The translations under genes were made by a program, and so were the position numbers. From the IMG/VR virus record IMGVR_UViG_3300042922_000732, positions 1 through 57,719 of that record: 57,719 nt of DNA; one strand, written 5' to 3'. The notes under the pieces were generated by a model. That model had not been told where the DNA came from. It did no database searches and was given only the letters and a program-made list of their open reading frames with translations. This DNA is from a virus (taxonomy: Duplodnaviria > Caudoviricetes). Below are positions 39,473 to 49,783 of this stretch, one piece after another; position 1 is the first letter of the stretch, and each line of letters begins with the position of its first letter.

Positions 39473-40321
39473 CTAGTCATTTTCAAGCTCAGTAATTAAT
39501 TCTTTTGTTTTTTTATCAAATCGTCCAATTTTATACTTTTGAGGACTCATATTAACATGCCAATTATCTTCCACACTTAGATTATTGAGAATATATAATT
39601 CAAATGATTCTTGATATCGATCTCCAAACCTATTTTCCAAGATCAATTCAATATTTATCTTCTTTTGTAATATATCTTTAATTTTATCTTTTGAGAAATA
39701 AAAAAATACTTCTTTTGAATCGCCTACATTCAGATATAACTTATTGTTTGATTTATTAGTTGTGTTATTTGTCCAGTGGACAATATTTGAACCATCATCT
39801 TTAGTTGAATTTCCATTTTTAAAATTAACTAGAGTATATGTATTACTTGTATTAATAAGCTTTAATTTTAAACAGGCTACAGCCGAATCGAACTGATTAA
39901 GTCGTCCAATTTCGATGCATACTCCTTGATTAAATCTTTCCATATCTATTAAAGAATATTCTCCTAAATCCCAATCAGCTACAAGAATAAATGGTTGAAA
40001 ATCAAATATTAATCTTCTGTTTTCAATAGAACTAATGCGCTTGTTTATATAATTTGATTTTATATTTTGCCATAATGCTAATACTCCTAAAGAAATTGTT
40101 CCTATAAATGTAAGAACTGAACCATAAAAGGATAGAAATTCTCCAGCCTTGATATAGTCAGGTAAAAGTGGAAACCAGTGACCTATAAAATATATACACC
40201 ATATAATAATAGGAATCAAAAAGCTTATAGATATAGCAATTTTTATTTTTAAATAGAAAGTTGGATAATCTGATTTTAATTGGCTAATTAATAGTTTAAT
40301 TTCTTTTTCTTTATCAGTCAT
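39473..40321 (-). CDS. Membrane-anchored hypothetical protein (moron)
   Basis: Two N-terminal TMs; LSFYGSVL motif; downstream terminator. Confidence 0.7.
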   Translation of the reverse strand: MTDKEKEIKLLISQLKSDYPTFYLKIKIAISISFLIPIIIWCIYFIGHWFPLLPDYIKAGEFLSFYGSVLTFIGTISLGVLALWQNIKSNYINKRISSIENRRLIFDFQPFILVADWDLGEYSLIDMERFNQGVCIEIGRLNQFDSAVACLKLKLINTSNTYTLVNFKNGNSTKDDGSNIVHWTNNTTNKSNNKLYLNVGDSKEVFFYFSKDKIKDILQKKINIELILENRFGDRYQESFELYILNNLSVEDNWHVNMSPQKYKIGRFDKKTKELITELEND

Positions 40322-40508
40322 ATAAAAGCACCTCTATATTTTTATATAGTTTTCTTCCAAGAATTTCTAACTACTCCTTGAATCTCCTATTTTCATCTTG
40401 CAATTCTTTAATCCTCTTATCATTAGACTACTACAAAGTGTATCTGCTTATTTACTACATAACCTATAAATTATTCAATAAAAAAATCTACTAGTTTAAA
40501 AATTATTA

Positions 40509-41240
40509 TCATTTAACTTCACTTTCTAATTTCTGAAATAACTCTTTTTTATATTTATAATATGTGTTTCTTGCTAGTCCTGCCAGCTTCATAGTTTCAA
40601 CATCATTCAATGATCCCTGAAAATCTTTACTATATTTTAATATTTGTTCTTTCGCTTCAATACTTTTTTTTGTAGTTAATTTAATTCCTTTTTTCTGTCC
40701 AATCTGTCTTCCATTTAATCTAGCTGTTTCTATTCCTTCTTTTGTTCTCTGATGTAGATCCGCTACTTCTTTTTCTGATTGTATGAAAGCTAGTTTTATT
40801 TGTTCTTTTGCCAGAGCTAACAAATACTTATTTATACCATCTAATATAAAATCAACATTAGTACCTGTCATTTCAACATTATTTGTAAGTGCCTTTTTAT
40901 AGGTGCTTGTGTTTATGTGCTGTTCTCTTAAGAATATCAATTCTATACCTTTATTAAATAATTCCTCATATAGCTTATATCCTTCTTCAGCATTTCTGCT
41001 CATACGTGATACAGAGTCAAATACTATTGTATCGCCTTCTGAAATCTTACTTAACAATTTATTAAACTCTTTTCTACCTTCTATTTTAGTTCCAGTAAAT
41101 GCTTCATCAATTATTATTACATTAGGATATTCTGCTAATATATTTCTATGTTGTCGCTCTATTGATTGTTTATTAGTTGATATTCTGCAATAACCATATA
41201 TTTTATTCATTGCTCTCACCCCGTATATTTGTAATATCAT
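40509..41240 (-). CDS. Second small serine recombinase (resolvase family)
   Basis: YGYCRISTNKQ, DSVSRMSR; TTTTGATACT repeats upstream. Confidence 0.9.
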   Translation of the reverse strand: MILQIYGVRAMNKIYGYCRISTNKQSIERQHRNILAEYPNVIIIDEAFTGTKIEGRKEFNKLLSKISEGDTIVFDSVSRMSRNAEEGYKLYEELFNKGIELIFLREQHINTSTYKKALTNNVEMTGTNVDFILDGINKYLLALAKEQIKLAFIQSEKEVADLHQRTKEGIETARLNGRQIGQKKGIKLTTKKSIEAKEQILKYSKDFQGSLNDVETMKLAGLARNTYYKYKKELFQKLESEVK

Positions 41241-41436
41241 TTTTAACGTTCGTCTATTTTGATACTATCACTATATCAGATTTAAAATAGAATATCAATA
41301 AATTTTAATACATTTTAAGCGCACGTTAGTTTTGATACTTTTTTTATACACTCATTTAGCTATACCCTAAATGTACATAATAATATTATAATTTACGATT
41401 GTTTTTTAAATCTCAGTTTTTCAAAAAATTAACTGT

Positions 41437-42039
41437 CTAATCTCGAACATTAAAATAGGCAACAATAGTAGCAAATGTTTGTGATATAGCATTCGCTATA
41501 AGCACCATACCAAGTATGCAAAATGTTTTTATAATATTCTGCGGAAAACTTACAGCTATATTAAAAATAGGAATTTCCATACTCCATTCTGGTATAATTC
41601 CAACTATATATGATAAAACATAGCAAAATATTGCTGCAGATATAAGAATGCCAATGTCACCAATAAATCTAAGTATTATTTCTTTTTTATTAATATTACT
41701 ATTTGTTACATTATTATTAAATGGAATTGCGAAAATAGCTATTCCCATAGCTCCAATTACTATTACAATATTTAATGCAAATTGTGATATTTCTTTTAAA
41801 TCTTTAGCCTCAAAATTTACTTTCCATCCAAATATCCCAATAAGAAGTGCTGATAAAAGAGATATACTTACAACTATTTTTTTACTTACCTTGAATGGAG
41901 TAAATACTAACCCAGGCACACTATTATATTTAGTATCATTATCATTTTGAAGTACTTTTTTATTACTAGAATTGTTCATTTTTTTAGGTATTTGTTTTTT
42001 ACTATTACGACTCATAACTATACTTGCCTCCATTATCAA
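41437..42039 (-). CDS. Multi-pass membrane hypothetical protein
   Basis: About four hydrophobic segments. Confidence 0.7.
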   Translation of the reverse strand: MIMEASIVMSRNSKKQIPKKMNNSSNKKVLQNDNDTKYNSVPGLVFTPFKVSKKIVVSISLLSALLIGIFGWKVNFEAKDLKEISQFALNIVIVIGAMGIAIFAIPFNNNVTNSNINKKEIILRFIGDIGILISAAIFCYVLSYIVGIIPEWSMEIPIFNIAVSFPQNIIKTFCILGMVLIANAISQTFATIVAYFNVRD

Positions 42040-42427
42040 ATAATTATTATAAGTCCATTATATCATGTTTACTAAATGTTATATTTTTATGCTTTACTTC
42101 ACACCTACTTTCCTATATCAAAATATATCTTAATTTTTTATATAACGAAGTCCAAGTAAACCCTGTTATTCCAATACATAATGAAAATAACAATTGAGTT
42201 GTACCTGGGTTATTTTTTATATAATCCAATTTCTTTGCAAGATTTGATAATGATCCTTCATGGTCCATTTTCACTACTTCAATTTTTTCTGATTTATGAG
42301 TGTATATAAACTCACTTACTGAAAGAGTAAGTCATTTCCAATTTTCTTTTTCTACAATATATGCATTAATTTTTTTCACCTTTTAAACTCGTCTATAGAA
42401 AAGTGAGTTTTTAATGGTAAAAAAATA

Positions 42428-43054
42428 TTAAAAAATGTAGTCATTCATAGTTTTAGCTGAATCTTCTCCAATATCATCATCCACTCCAATATAAGCTAAT
42501 GTCGTTTCTCTTTTAGCATGTCCAAATAATCTTTGAACAAAATTTATATCTTTTTCATGTTTGATATATTGTCTATATCCATATGATTTTCTAGGTGTAT
42601 GGGTACCGATAGTCTCAGATTCTTTACATATCCCTAACTCAACAGCTACATTTTTATATATCTTTCCTAATCGATCACGTCTTACATGCTGTTTCAATCC
42701 TCCTCTTCCACTAGATCTTGGAGCAGGATAAATATAGGCCGCATCACTTTTTCCATAGACATAATCTTTTAACACATTTAGTAACTTACTTGGAATAATC
42801 TCTTCACGTTCAAACTTCTTCTTTCTTGAATGTTCTGTTTTTTCTTCTAGTATACTTATTCTTCCTGTTTCTATGGATTTTTTTATATCAGAAACGGTTA
42901 ACTTTACTAAGTCTCCACCTCTAAATCCAGTTCCTATAGCTATTGTCCATAGTATATAAGCTGGATAATCAACTTCTTTTAACCTTAATGCAATTCTTTT
43001 TAAGTCTTCAGGTTTTTTTATTGTCATTGATGTATTTTTGCCCTTCTTCTTCAC
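42428..43054 (-). CDS. Short tyrosine recombinase (catalytic domain only)
   Basis: TGFRGGDL, EEKT, HTPRKSYG, LFGH, TLAYIG. Confidence 0.88.
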   Translation of the reverse strand: MKKKGKNTSMTIKKPEDLKRIALRLKEVDYPAYILWTIAIGTGFRGGDLVKLTVSDIKKSIETGRISILEEKTEHSRKKKFEREEIIPSKLLNVLKDYVYGKSDAAYIYPAPRSSGRGGLKQHVRRDRLGKIYKNVAVELGICKESETIGTHTPRKSYGYRQYIKHEKDINFVQRLFGHAKRETTLAYIGVDDDIGEDSAKTMNDYIF

Positions 43055-43284
43055 CCTGAACGCACCTGCCTAAGTGCACCATGTTTCCTCTTATATGCAG
43101 CATGATCCATGCACTTTCTAAAATCATCTGCTTCACCTATAGGCGTTACATTTTTGCAACCACAATGAGAGCATGAAATAAAACCACCATTCCTTAGTGT
43201 ATCTTGTACCTCTTCTGTTACTAAAATAGTCTCTTTCTTGCATTTTGACCTTTCACATAAAAAAGTTGTATAAATTGATTCCAT
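43051..43284 (-). CDS. Zinc-finger hypothetical protein
   Basis: CERSKC…CSHC. Confidence 0.7.
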   Translation of the reverse strand: MESIYTTFLCERSKCKKETILVTEEVQDTLRNGGFISCSHCGCKNVTPIGEADDFRKCMDHAAYKRKHGALRQVRSG

Positions 43285-43321
43285 GCTCTCACCATCCTTT
43301 CAATAAAAAATGAGCTACCTA

Positions 43322-43771
43322 TTAATTTAGTAGCTCATTACTTGTATCTTTATATTTTTTTGTAACTCTTTTTTCATACAATTCTTTACTATCAATATTT
43401 TTTAATCTTTTAGGGACATCCCAAGTCAAAGTTTCTTCGGGAGCATATACAACTATATCTCCATTTTCTTTCGTTCTATAAATGCTTGGGTTTATCTTTA
43501 TAAATGTTCCATCAGACATACACCTTGTAGCTTCATAATTTATAGCCTTTTCAGCTTCTTTCTTTTGAAGTCTAACCTTTTTATGCTGTAACTTACTTTG
43601 ACTAAAATTTCTTTGTATACACTTTTCAACTGACTTAACATTAAGTTTCATTTTTTTTGCTATTTCGTTAGCATTAAGTCCTTCTTCAAGATATAATCTC
43701 TTAACTAGTTCCTTATCTACTATTACCTTCAAAACCAGTCCCTCCTCTAAAAAAGCGTATAATTCACCCAA
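43322..43771 (-). CDS. HTH DNA-binding protein
   Basis: VKRLYLEEGLNANEIAKKMKLNVKSVEKCIQR. Confidence 0.75.
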   Translation of the reverse strand: MGELYAFLEEGLVLKVIVDKELVKRLYLEEGLNANEIAKKMKLNVKSVEKCIQRNFSQSKLQHKKVRLQKKEAEKAINYEATRCMSDGTFIKINPSIYRTKENGDIVVYAPEETLTWDVPKRLKNIDSKELYEKRVTKKYKDTSNELLN

Positions 43772-43852
43772 ACCAAAAAAGGAGACATCATTAACTTTTC
43801 ACAATTTATTGTTTAAATATATTATATTTTATAAGTCTCTTTTTGCCTAGAT

Positions 43853-43901
43853 GACATTTTTGCGACATAAAAGCGACATTAACGTGACATTAGTGCGACA
43901 T
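43853..43901. repeat. Five GACAT motifs phased at exactly 11 bp
   Basis: GACAT at 43853, 43864, 43875, 43886, 43897. Confidence 0.85.
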
Positions 43902-44103
43902 TTTTCAAAGTCTTTTCTAGCCTCTGAACTTGTCTCCTACTTATTCCTATAATCATTGCCGAATCCACTTGTGTGTATCCTTTGACAAATCTTAGATATT
44001 TTACTTTATCTTTTGTTCTTTTAAGTTTATTTATATATGCCTTATCCTTCTCTTGATCTGAGATAGATATGTCTATCTCCCTTTTGATTGTCTCTCTACT
44101 CAT
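43879..44103 (-). CDS. Sigma-70 region-4-like HTH protein (possible late activator)
   Basis: YLRFVKGYTQVDSAMIIGISRRQVQRLE. Confidence 0.78.
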   Translation of the reverse strand: MSRETIKREIDISISDQEKDKAYINKLKRTKDKVKYLRFVKGYTQVDSAMIIGISRRQVQRLEKTLKNVALMSR

Positions 44104-44270
44104 AATCTCCTCCTATTTCTCTAAAAGTTAACTATTCTTTAACATCTATTTCTATTCCTCTTGTTACAGAAAGACTTATAATTGGACTCTTTACACATTT
44201 TCAATTCAAATTTCATTTTATCCCCCCAGAAATTCTCCAAATATAAGTATTACGCAGTATTTATATATAA

Positions 44271-44311
44271 AAAATACCGCAAATTCATTTTTGTGAATAA
44301 TGCGGTATTTT
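44271..44311 (-). terminator. Moron terminator A (homologous to 46012-46050)
   Basis: AAAATACCGCA…TGCGGTATTTT. Confidence 0.8.
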
Positions 44312-44347
44312 CCCAATATTTTTAATTAATCTATAAAAGCACTGTTT

Positions 44348-45124
44348 TTAATTTGTTTTATTTAGTAAAATGCTTTGCTCTAATTCGGCACTTGCTTGTA
44401 CATATAAATTCTTATATTCTATGTCAGGAATACTAAATATATATCCATTCCCTGTATCAATAACCTTAATAAAGAAAAACATAGTCTTAATGTTTGTTAT
44501 TACTCTGTTTCTACTCTCTCCAGATTCAATCGATTCTTTTGTTTTTGGGGATGAATTAAGAAATGAAGAAGACATCTCATTAAACATATCTTTAATAACT
44601 TCATCGATTTCCGAGTAAGATATATGTGTATCAAGTCTACCATTAAGAACAAATATAAGAACTTTTCTTGGTCCATTTGCTAATGTTGTAATTGATAATA
44701 AAGCTATTTTTTTTTCCTGTAGCTTACTCCTAGTAATATATTGCTCGTATATTTTAGTATCTTCATCCAATTTTTTTTTCAATATTTTATAGCTGTTTTC
44801 CAGTTGATTTATCTTTCTACTATCAACTGCATTTATAATTCCTAAAGCAGCCCAAACAGCAACTGCAATAGCAATTATAGCTAAAACAATAGTTGTATAT
44901 GTTGTAAATGTAGACTTTTCTTTCTCAATTTCGGTAATTGTACCAGTTTTTAATGATTGCATTTGCTTATTTACTTCTGTTTCAATTTGCTTATTTATAT
45001 CTTCCACTGACAATTGGCTATTATTCTCCAATTTGTTATCTGATGTCGCATACGTATAATTACAAAAACACAACAATAAAATTATAGTCATAAATAAACA
45101 TTTATATAAATTCCTTATTTTCAT
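44348..45124 (-). CDS. Membrane protein moron (signal peptide, TM, coiled coil)
   Basis: Hydrophobic N-terminus and internal TM; own TGnTATAAT promoter near 45163-45171. Confidence 0.72.
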   Translation of the reverse strand: MKIRNLYKCLFMTIILLLCFCNYTYATSDNKLENNSQLSVEDINKQIETEVNKQMQSLKTGTITEIEKEKSTFTTYTTIVLAIIAIAVAVWAALGIINAVDSRKINQLENSYKILKKKLDEDTKIYEQYITRSKLQEKKIALLSITTLANGPRKVLIFVLNGRLDTHISYSEIDEVIKDMFNEMSSSFLNSSPKTKESIESGESRNRVITNIKTMFFFIKVIDTGNGYIFSIPDIEYKNLYVQASAELEQSILLNKTN

Positions 45125-45199
45125 TAGTTCACCACCAATTATAGTTTCTATATATATTGAAAATTATACCACATATTATTTAGATATACATCATTTTAC

Positions 45200-45231
45200 T
45201 ACCGCATTATTCAATTTTCAAAGATCAATTT
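45200..45231 (-). promoter_or_regulatory. boxA-like plus anti-terminator element, copy 1
   Basis: 32 bp identical to 46627-46658; mRNA reads GAUCUUUGAAAAUUGAAUAAUGCGGUA. Confidence 0.65.
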
Positions 45232-45295
45232 AAATTTATTACATATCCTCTAAAATTTTATTTTCTGCTGTTTCACACCATAACGGAATGACGCA

Positions 45296-45604
45296 CTAAA
45301 TCTGTTCCCATTTGATCTCTTTAAGTTCACCATATTTTTCTGTATATCTATCCATTAGAACTTCATTTATTTGTCCATCTGTGTAATGACTAGGAAAATC
45401 ATCTGTTTCCTCAATTTCTTCATTATTGGCTTTTATTATAGTAACCTCAATTAATATATACTCCTCTTGTTTAGATGCATCTGGACCTTCTCCATACATT
45501 TCCCAGCACGCTTTACTATTTGGAATCATAAACACACATCTATCTCCCGTCACACTACATTTATAACCTTCATCCATATCCCATTTTGAACATTTACAAC
45601 TCAT
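45296..45604 (-). CDS. Cys-rich hypothetical protein
   Basis: CKC…CSVTGDRC…C…GEGPDA. Confidence 0.7.
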   Translation of the reverse strand: MSCKCSKWDMDEGYKCSVTGDRCVFMIPNSKACWEMYGEGPDASKQEEYILIEVTIIKANNEEIEETDDFPSHYTDGQINEVLMDRYTEKYGELKEIKWEQI

Positions 45605-45978
45605 TTTTCTTCCCCACTTTCTATTTGCAATATGTCTGCAACATCTTTTAATGTTATTCCTTTTTCAAACCTATCAATTTGCATAAATTCTTCAAAAATA
45701 TCCTCTGCATATTCTTTTAAGATTTCCTCTTTTTTCTCTTCTGGAATATCTTTACTCTGCTCTTCGATTTCTTTTCTACATAGGTAATACGGTAATAGAA
45801 ATTTTATTAATTCTGATCTATTTTCAATTAATGCCCTGGCACAATTTATCAAAGGCTTTGCAATATCTTTATTATTGTTGTTTACATATTCATTATCCAT
45901 AGCTTCAAAATCATTTCGGATATTTATATCAACAATAAGTAACCCATCAATATTAATTTTCTTTCCTTCTTCACTCAT
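45601..45978 (-). CDS. Hypothetical protein
   Basis: GAGGT RBS; coupled to the next gene. Confidence 0.7.
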   Translation of the reverse strand: MSEEGKKINIDGLLIVDINIRNDFEAMDNEYVNNNNKDIAKPLINCARALIENRSELIKFLLPYYLCRKEIEEQSKDIPEEKKEEILKEYAEDIFEEFMQIDRFEKGITLKDVADILQIESGEEK

Positions 45979-46011
45979 TGTTCTACCTCGCTTTCTTACT
46001 AAAATTGCGTA

Positions 46012-46050
46012 AAAAAATACCGCAAATTCTTTCTGAATAATGCGGTATTT
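46012..46050 (-). terminator. Moron terminator B
   Basis: AAATACCGCA…TGCGGTATTT. Confidence 0.8.
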
Positions 46051-46056
46051 AAACTC

Positions 46057-46533
46057 TTATAGTGCTTTAATATTTTTAGTAGTTTCTTGCGATTTTTTTA
46101 GCGATTCATTAATTAAACTAATACTATCATTGTCAAATTCATTTTTGAGAGCAAAAAATTTTTCAGAATACTCTAGAAATTTTTCCTCTTCCAGCGTGTT
46201 TGTACATTTTCTATAAAATAGTATTTCTCTCGATAAGCCTGTTAATTTTATACAGTATTTTGATATATTAGAACATAATTCAGTGCTACCTTTCAAATTG
46301 TAGAAGATCGTAACTGCTGAAGCTAATGTGCTTAAAACAAAAGCAATAGAAGTTGATATCTCTCCCAATTTTAGACCTAACAAAATAGTTGTGAGAGTTG
46401 TGAATATTATTTGAATACGTCTTATACGCTGATTTCGCTTTTGCATTTTACTTACAAATGGAGCATTGTTTTCAACAGTAGTAACAATAGTATCTAACAA
46501 ATAATCAAATTTTTCTTCAATTTTAACAGACAT
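46057..46533 (-). CDS. SLATT/DUF4231-like two-TM protein (moron)
   Basis: Basic stretch, two TM helices, helical C-terminus; own TGCTATAAT promoter near 46567-46575. Confidence 0.62.
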   Translation of the reverse strand: MSVKIEEKFDYLLDTIVTTVENNAPFVSKMQKRNQRIRRIQIIFTTLTTILLGLKLGEISTSIAFVLSTLASAVTIFYNLKGSTELCSNISKYCIKLTGLSREILFYRKCTNTLEEEKFLEYSEKFFALKNEFDNDSISLINESLKKSQETTKNIKAL

Positions 46534-46626
46534 AATTCTTTCCCCCTAATCATAAATCTAGTAAAAATTATAGCATGTATTCTATGACTTTTCACTAAAT
46601 TTAGTAGTTAGTGAGCCTTGTTCCAT

Positions 46627-46658
46627 TACCGCATTATTCAATTTTCAAAGATCAATTT
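46627..46658 (-). promoter_or_regulatory. boxA-like plus anti-terminator element, copy 2
   Basis: Identical to 45200-45231. Confidence 0.65.
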
Positions 46659-46691
46659 TTTATTTTTAATTTACTACACAATATCTACATC

Positions 46692-47051
46692 TTACGAATT
46701 TATTATTTTAAAATTTTTCCTTTGTTTGTTAGCGTATAAATCAATATAATATTTGCTCATCTTAAACTCGCTACATTCAAATTTCACAATGTTTTTACTT
46801 AATGTTTCATCATCCATTCCATAAAAATAACATTCATCACAGTTCCAACATGGTTCATCTAATGTTCTTGCTTCTTCTATTGTTGTATTAGATACATGCA
46901 ATTCACAATTTTTCATGCATTTACTACACTTACATACACTATCGCATATTGTTGCATCCCATTGCATTTCTAATTTATCTACTGGCTTTCCTTCATTTTC
47001 AAAAAAACTTAGTTGATTGACTTCTTTACTATATTCATTTTCATAGTCCAT
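46692..47051 (-). CDS. Cys-rich hypothetical protein
   Basis: CDSVCKCSKCMKNC…CWNCDEC. Confidence 0.7.
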   Translation of the reverse strand: MDYENEYSKEVNQLSFFENEGKPVDKLEMQWDATICDSVCKCSKCMKNCELHVSNTTIEEARTLDEPCWNCDECYFYGMDDETLSKNIVKFECSEFKMSKYYIDLYANKQRKNFKIINS

Positions 47052-47077
47052 TTAACCAACTTCCTCTACTTGTATTC

Positions 47078-48082
47078 TTAAACTACTAACTTTCTATATT
47101 CATGTTTAAGATTTTCCTGACTTAATCGAGCATAATTTTGATGTGTAGTGGTTGGTGTAGTATGTCCTAATATTTCTTGAACTCCTACAATTGACATTCC
47201 ACTATTTAATAATGTAGTTGCCTGAGTCCTTCTAAACTTATGAGCATGGACTCTTTCAGTTACATCTGTTCTTTTCCTTATTCTAGTTAACATTAACTGT
47301 AATGCTCTTACTTTGATATGATTGTGTGGAGCTTTCTCAGATAAAAATAAATATTCTGATATACCTTCTCTAGTTTCAATATACTTTTTCATATGAATCT
47401 TTGCTTTAGTTGAGAAGAAAACAACTCTCTGCTTACTACCCTTGCCAGTTACAATAATGCTTTTTTCATTCCAGTTTATATCATCTAGTTTTATATTCTT
47501 TAATTCACTAATTCTACAGGCTGTACTTGTAAGTAATTCAAAGAAAGTTTTTTCACGTTCTGTATTACATGCATCTCTTAAACTTTCAAGACTTTCTTGT
47601 TTATAGCATTTTTGAATTATTTTAGGAACTTTAGTTTGTTTTAATTTACTTGCTGGATTAGCAAATATATACTCCTCATTTTGTAGCCATCCAAAAAAAC
47701 CTTTTAGGCATGTTATATATCCATTTATTGTTGATGGCTGCTTATTTGTACTCATAAGTTGTAAAAACATTCTCAAATCCATTGTTGTTATAGTTGAAAC
47801 TGGCTTTGTAAAAAATAGATCTAATTTGTTAAGAAATAATCTGTAATTGGTTAAAGTCTTTTCACTTAGTCCTTCTAATCTCTTACATGCAATAAATATT
47901 TGTGCTTTCACTTCAATATCACTTGCAACTAGATCCTTACATTTTGTATTAATTTCATAATCATATAAAGTTTCATCTATTTTATTCTTCACTTCTAATT
48001 GAAAAGATAAATCCTGTTCCAATACCGGCATTAATAAAGTTAATTTTCCTAGTAGTCTTATGCTCAATTCATCATTTAACAT
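47078..48082 (-). CDS. Tyrosine recombinase (XerD-like, with SAM-like N-domain)
   Basis: TACRISE, GKGSKQR, HAHKFRRT, LGH, NYA. Confidence 0.92.
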   Translation of the reverse strand: MLNDELSIRLLGKLTLLMPVLEQDLSFQLEVKNKIDETLYDYEINTKCKDLVASDIEVKAQIFIACKRLEGLSEKTLTNYRLFLNKLDLFFTKPVSTITTMDLRMFLQLMSTNKQPSTINGYITCLKGFFGWLQNEEYIFANPASKLKQTKVPKIIQKCYKQESLESLRDACNTEREKTFFELLTSTACRISELKNIKLDDINWNEKSIIVTGKGSKQRVVFFSTKAKIHMKKYIETREGISEYLFLSEKAPHNHIKVRALQLMLTRIRKRTDVTERVHAHKFRRTQATTLLNSGMSIVGVQEILGHTTPTTTHQNYARLSQENLKHEYRKLVV

Positions 48083-48115
48083 TCCCTAATTCTCCTATAC
48101 ATTTTTTGTAAGATT

Positions 48116-48340
48116 TTAAAGTCTACTATCATCAAATAAAAATTTTTCTCTTTTTAGCGCTTCTCCACTATTACTTTCAATATCACATTCTCTAACTTCA
48201 TATAGACTTCTATATTTTTTATATGTTATTGCTGTAGTTTCCTTTATTTTAAATGTATCAACTAAGCCTTTTAATATTTTCTCCCTTGGAGCATCCTTAT
48301 TTTTATTCAAGAAATCACGTATCTTTTTAGGTATAGCCAC
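48116..48340 (-). CDS. Hypothetical protein
   Basis: GTG start with RBS; in operon. Confidence 0.6.
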   Translation of the reverse strand: MAIPKKIRDFLNKNKDAPREKILKGLVDTFKIKETTAITYKKYRSLYEVRECDIESNSGEALKREKFLFDDSRL

Positions 48341-48356
48341 ATCTCTTCCCTCTTTT

Positions 48357-48599
48357 CTAATTTACAATTTGGGTAATATACCACATATCAAATATTTCAT
48401 CTGGCAATATGTATGTACACTTTTGCCAATTTGTTATTGTTGAATTATAAAACTTCAAATTCTTCTCTTTTGAAAATTTTTCTATTATATAACTATCACC
48501 ACTGCTTTTGCTTGTAATAATTACATTCCCATCTAGACCACTTACCCAGGCTTCAATAAACGTATATTCTTTTGACTTATCGATTTTATTAATATCCAT
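48357..48599 (-). CDS. Hypothetical protein
   Basis: AGGTGG RBS; in operon. Confidence 0.65.
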   Translation of the reverse strand: MDINKIDKSKEYTFIEAWVSGLDGNVIITSKSSGDSYIIEKFSKEKNLKFYNSTITNWQKCTYILPDEIFDMWYITQIVN

Positions 48600-48712
48600 A
48601 TTTCCACCTTTCTTATATTTTTATAAAGAGAGCTTTACGCCCTCTTATTTTTCTGCAGTAACTTTAACATTAACTTGTAACCCCTAATGCTCCGTATAGT
48701 CCTGCAGGTTAA

Positions 48713-49756
48713 TTATGTTTGTGTATTTAACCAATTTACACATGTTTGATGTTTATTATCGTTTCTACATATAAGTGCAAGATCACATATGCCTGTACAT
48801 CCATTTCCACCATTACACCTACTACATATGAAATTGGCTAATTCTTCTATATTCATTTCTTTTATTCTGTCAATTACTTTCTTAGCCATATATTCTGGTA
48901 CTATCTGCTGTACTACTTCACCAGATTTTATATCCACAACATCATTTCCAATAATGGTCAAATTAATATTTTTAACTTCTGTTTCGCTTTCCGAAACGGG
49001 CACTGTTTCTTTTATGGTTTCTTTTACTATAGTTGTTATATCCTTTGGCTTTACTTCTTCTCCAATAACTATCTTATTTACTATTTCTTTCTGTTTATCT
49101 TGCGGTAATTTACTTGTTTCATATGCTGCTGTAATTCCCAAATTACCTTTTTTAAATTCTTCCTTCGCTTCTTCTGTAAGATTATTATTAATGCTCTCCA
49201 TCCTTGCTACTTGTGTAGATGAAGTACTTAATATGTCTGCTATTATTTCTCTAACTCTACCAGGCAATTTTTCCTTTTTCTTATATTCAAGTAAAAGAGT
49301 TTTTAACTTTTCGGCTTGCTTAGTTTTCTCCCAATCTGTAAGCTGTCTAGCTGTCGAATTTGTTATTAATAATAATAGTTTATCTTTAATTGAATCCTCT
49401 TCATTCTCTACCTTACATGGAGCATATTTAAATTGTGTTTTACCTTCTTCAAACAATTTTTTTAAAGCTAAATACCTTCTATGTCCTGCTATAATTTCAT
49501 ATTTTGTGTCCGAATCGGACACATTTTTATTATCTACTTTCTTAACAACCAAGTTTTGTTGAACACCAAATATCTCAATTGAATCCTTAAGCTCTTTAAG
49601 TTCATCTTCATCTATTGAATAAAAGTTTTCTTCTTCCCATGGAATTAAATCATTAATATCTATTGGAATAGTCTTGAATTTTGTAACTTTTTCTCTATTA
49701 ACTTCATTATTTTCTGAACTACTGCCAATTAGTTCAAACATATTAAACTTACCCAT
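48713..49756 (-). CDS. parB: ParB/Spo0J-family protein
   Basis: LKDSIEIFGVQQNLVV, IIAGHRRYLA, HTH. Confidence 0.9.
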   Translation of the reverse strand: MGKFNMFELIGSSSENNEVNREKVTKFKTIPIDINDLIPWEEENFYSIDEDELKELKDSIEIFGVQQNLVVKKVDNKNVSDSDTKYEIIAGHRRYLALKKLFEEGKTQFKYAPCKVENEEDSIKDKLLLLITNSTARQLTDWEKTKQAEKLKTLLLEYKKKEKLPGRVREIIADILSTSSTQVARMESINNNLTEEAKEEFKKGNLGITAAYETSKLPQDKQKEIVNKIVIGEEVKPKDITTIVKETIKETVPVSESETEVKNINLTIIGNDVVDIKSGEVVQQIVPEYMAKKVIDRIKEMNIEELANFICSRCNGGNGCTGICDLALICRNDNKHQTCVNWLNTQT

Positions 49757-49783
49757 TCTCTTTTCCTCACATAATCAATTCTT

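Noticed and set aside
48620-48712. CTGCAG-bounded structure and hairpin after parB as possible ncRNA
   Set aside because: No recognisable family or promoter; only weak pairing support.
48789-49562. 257-aa plus-strand ORF
   Set aside because: Antisense to parB; shadow composition.
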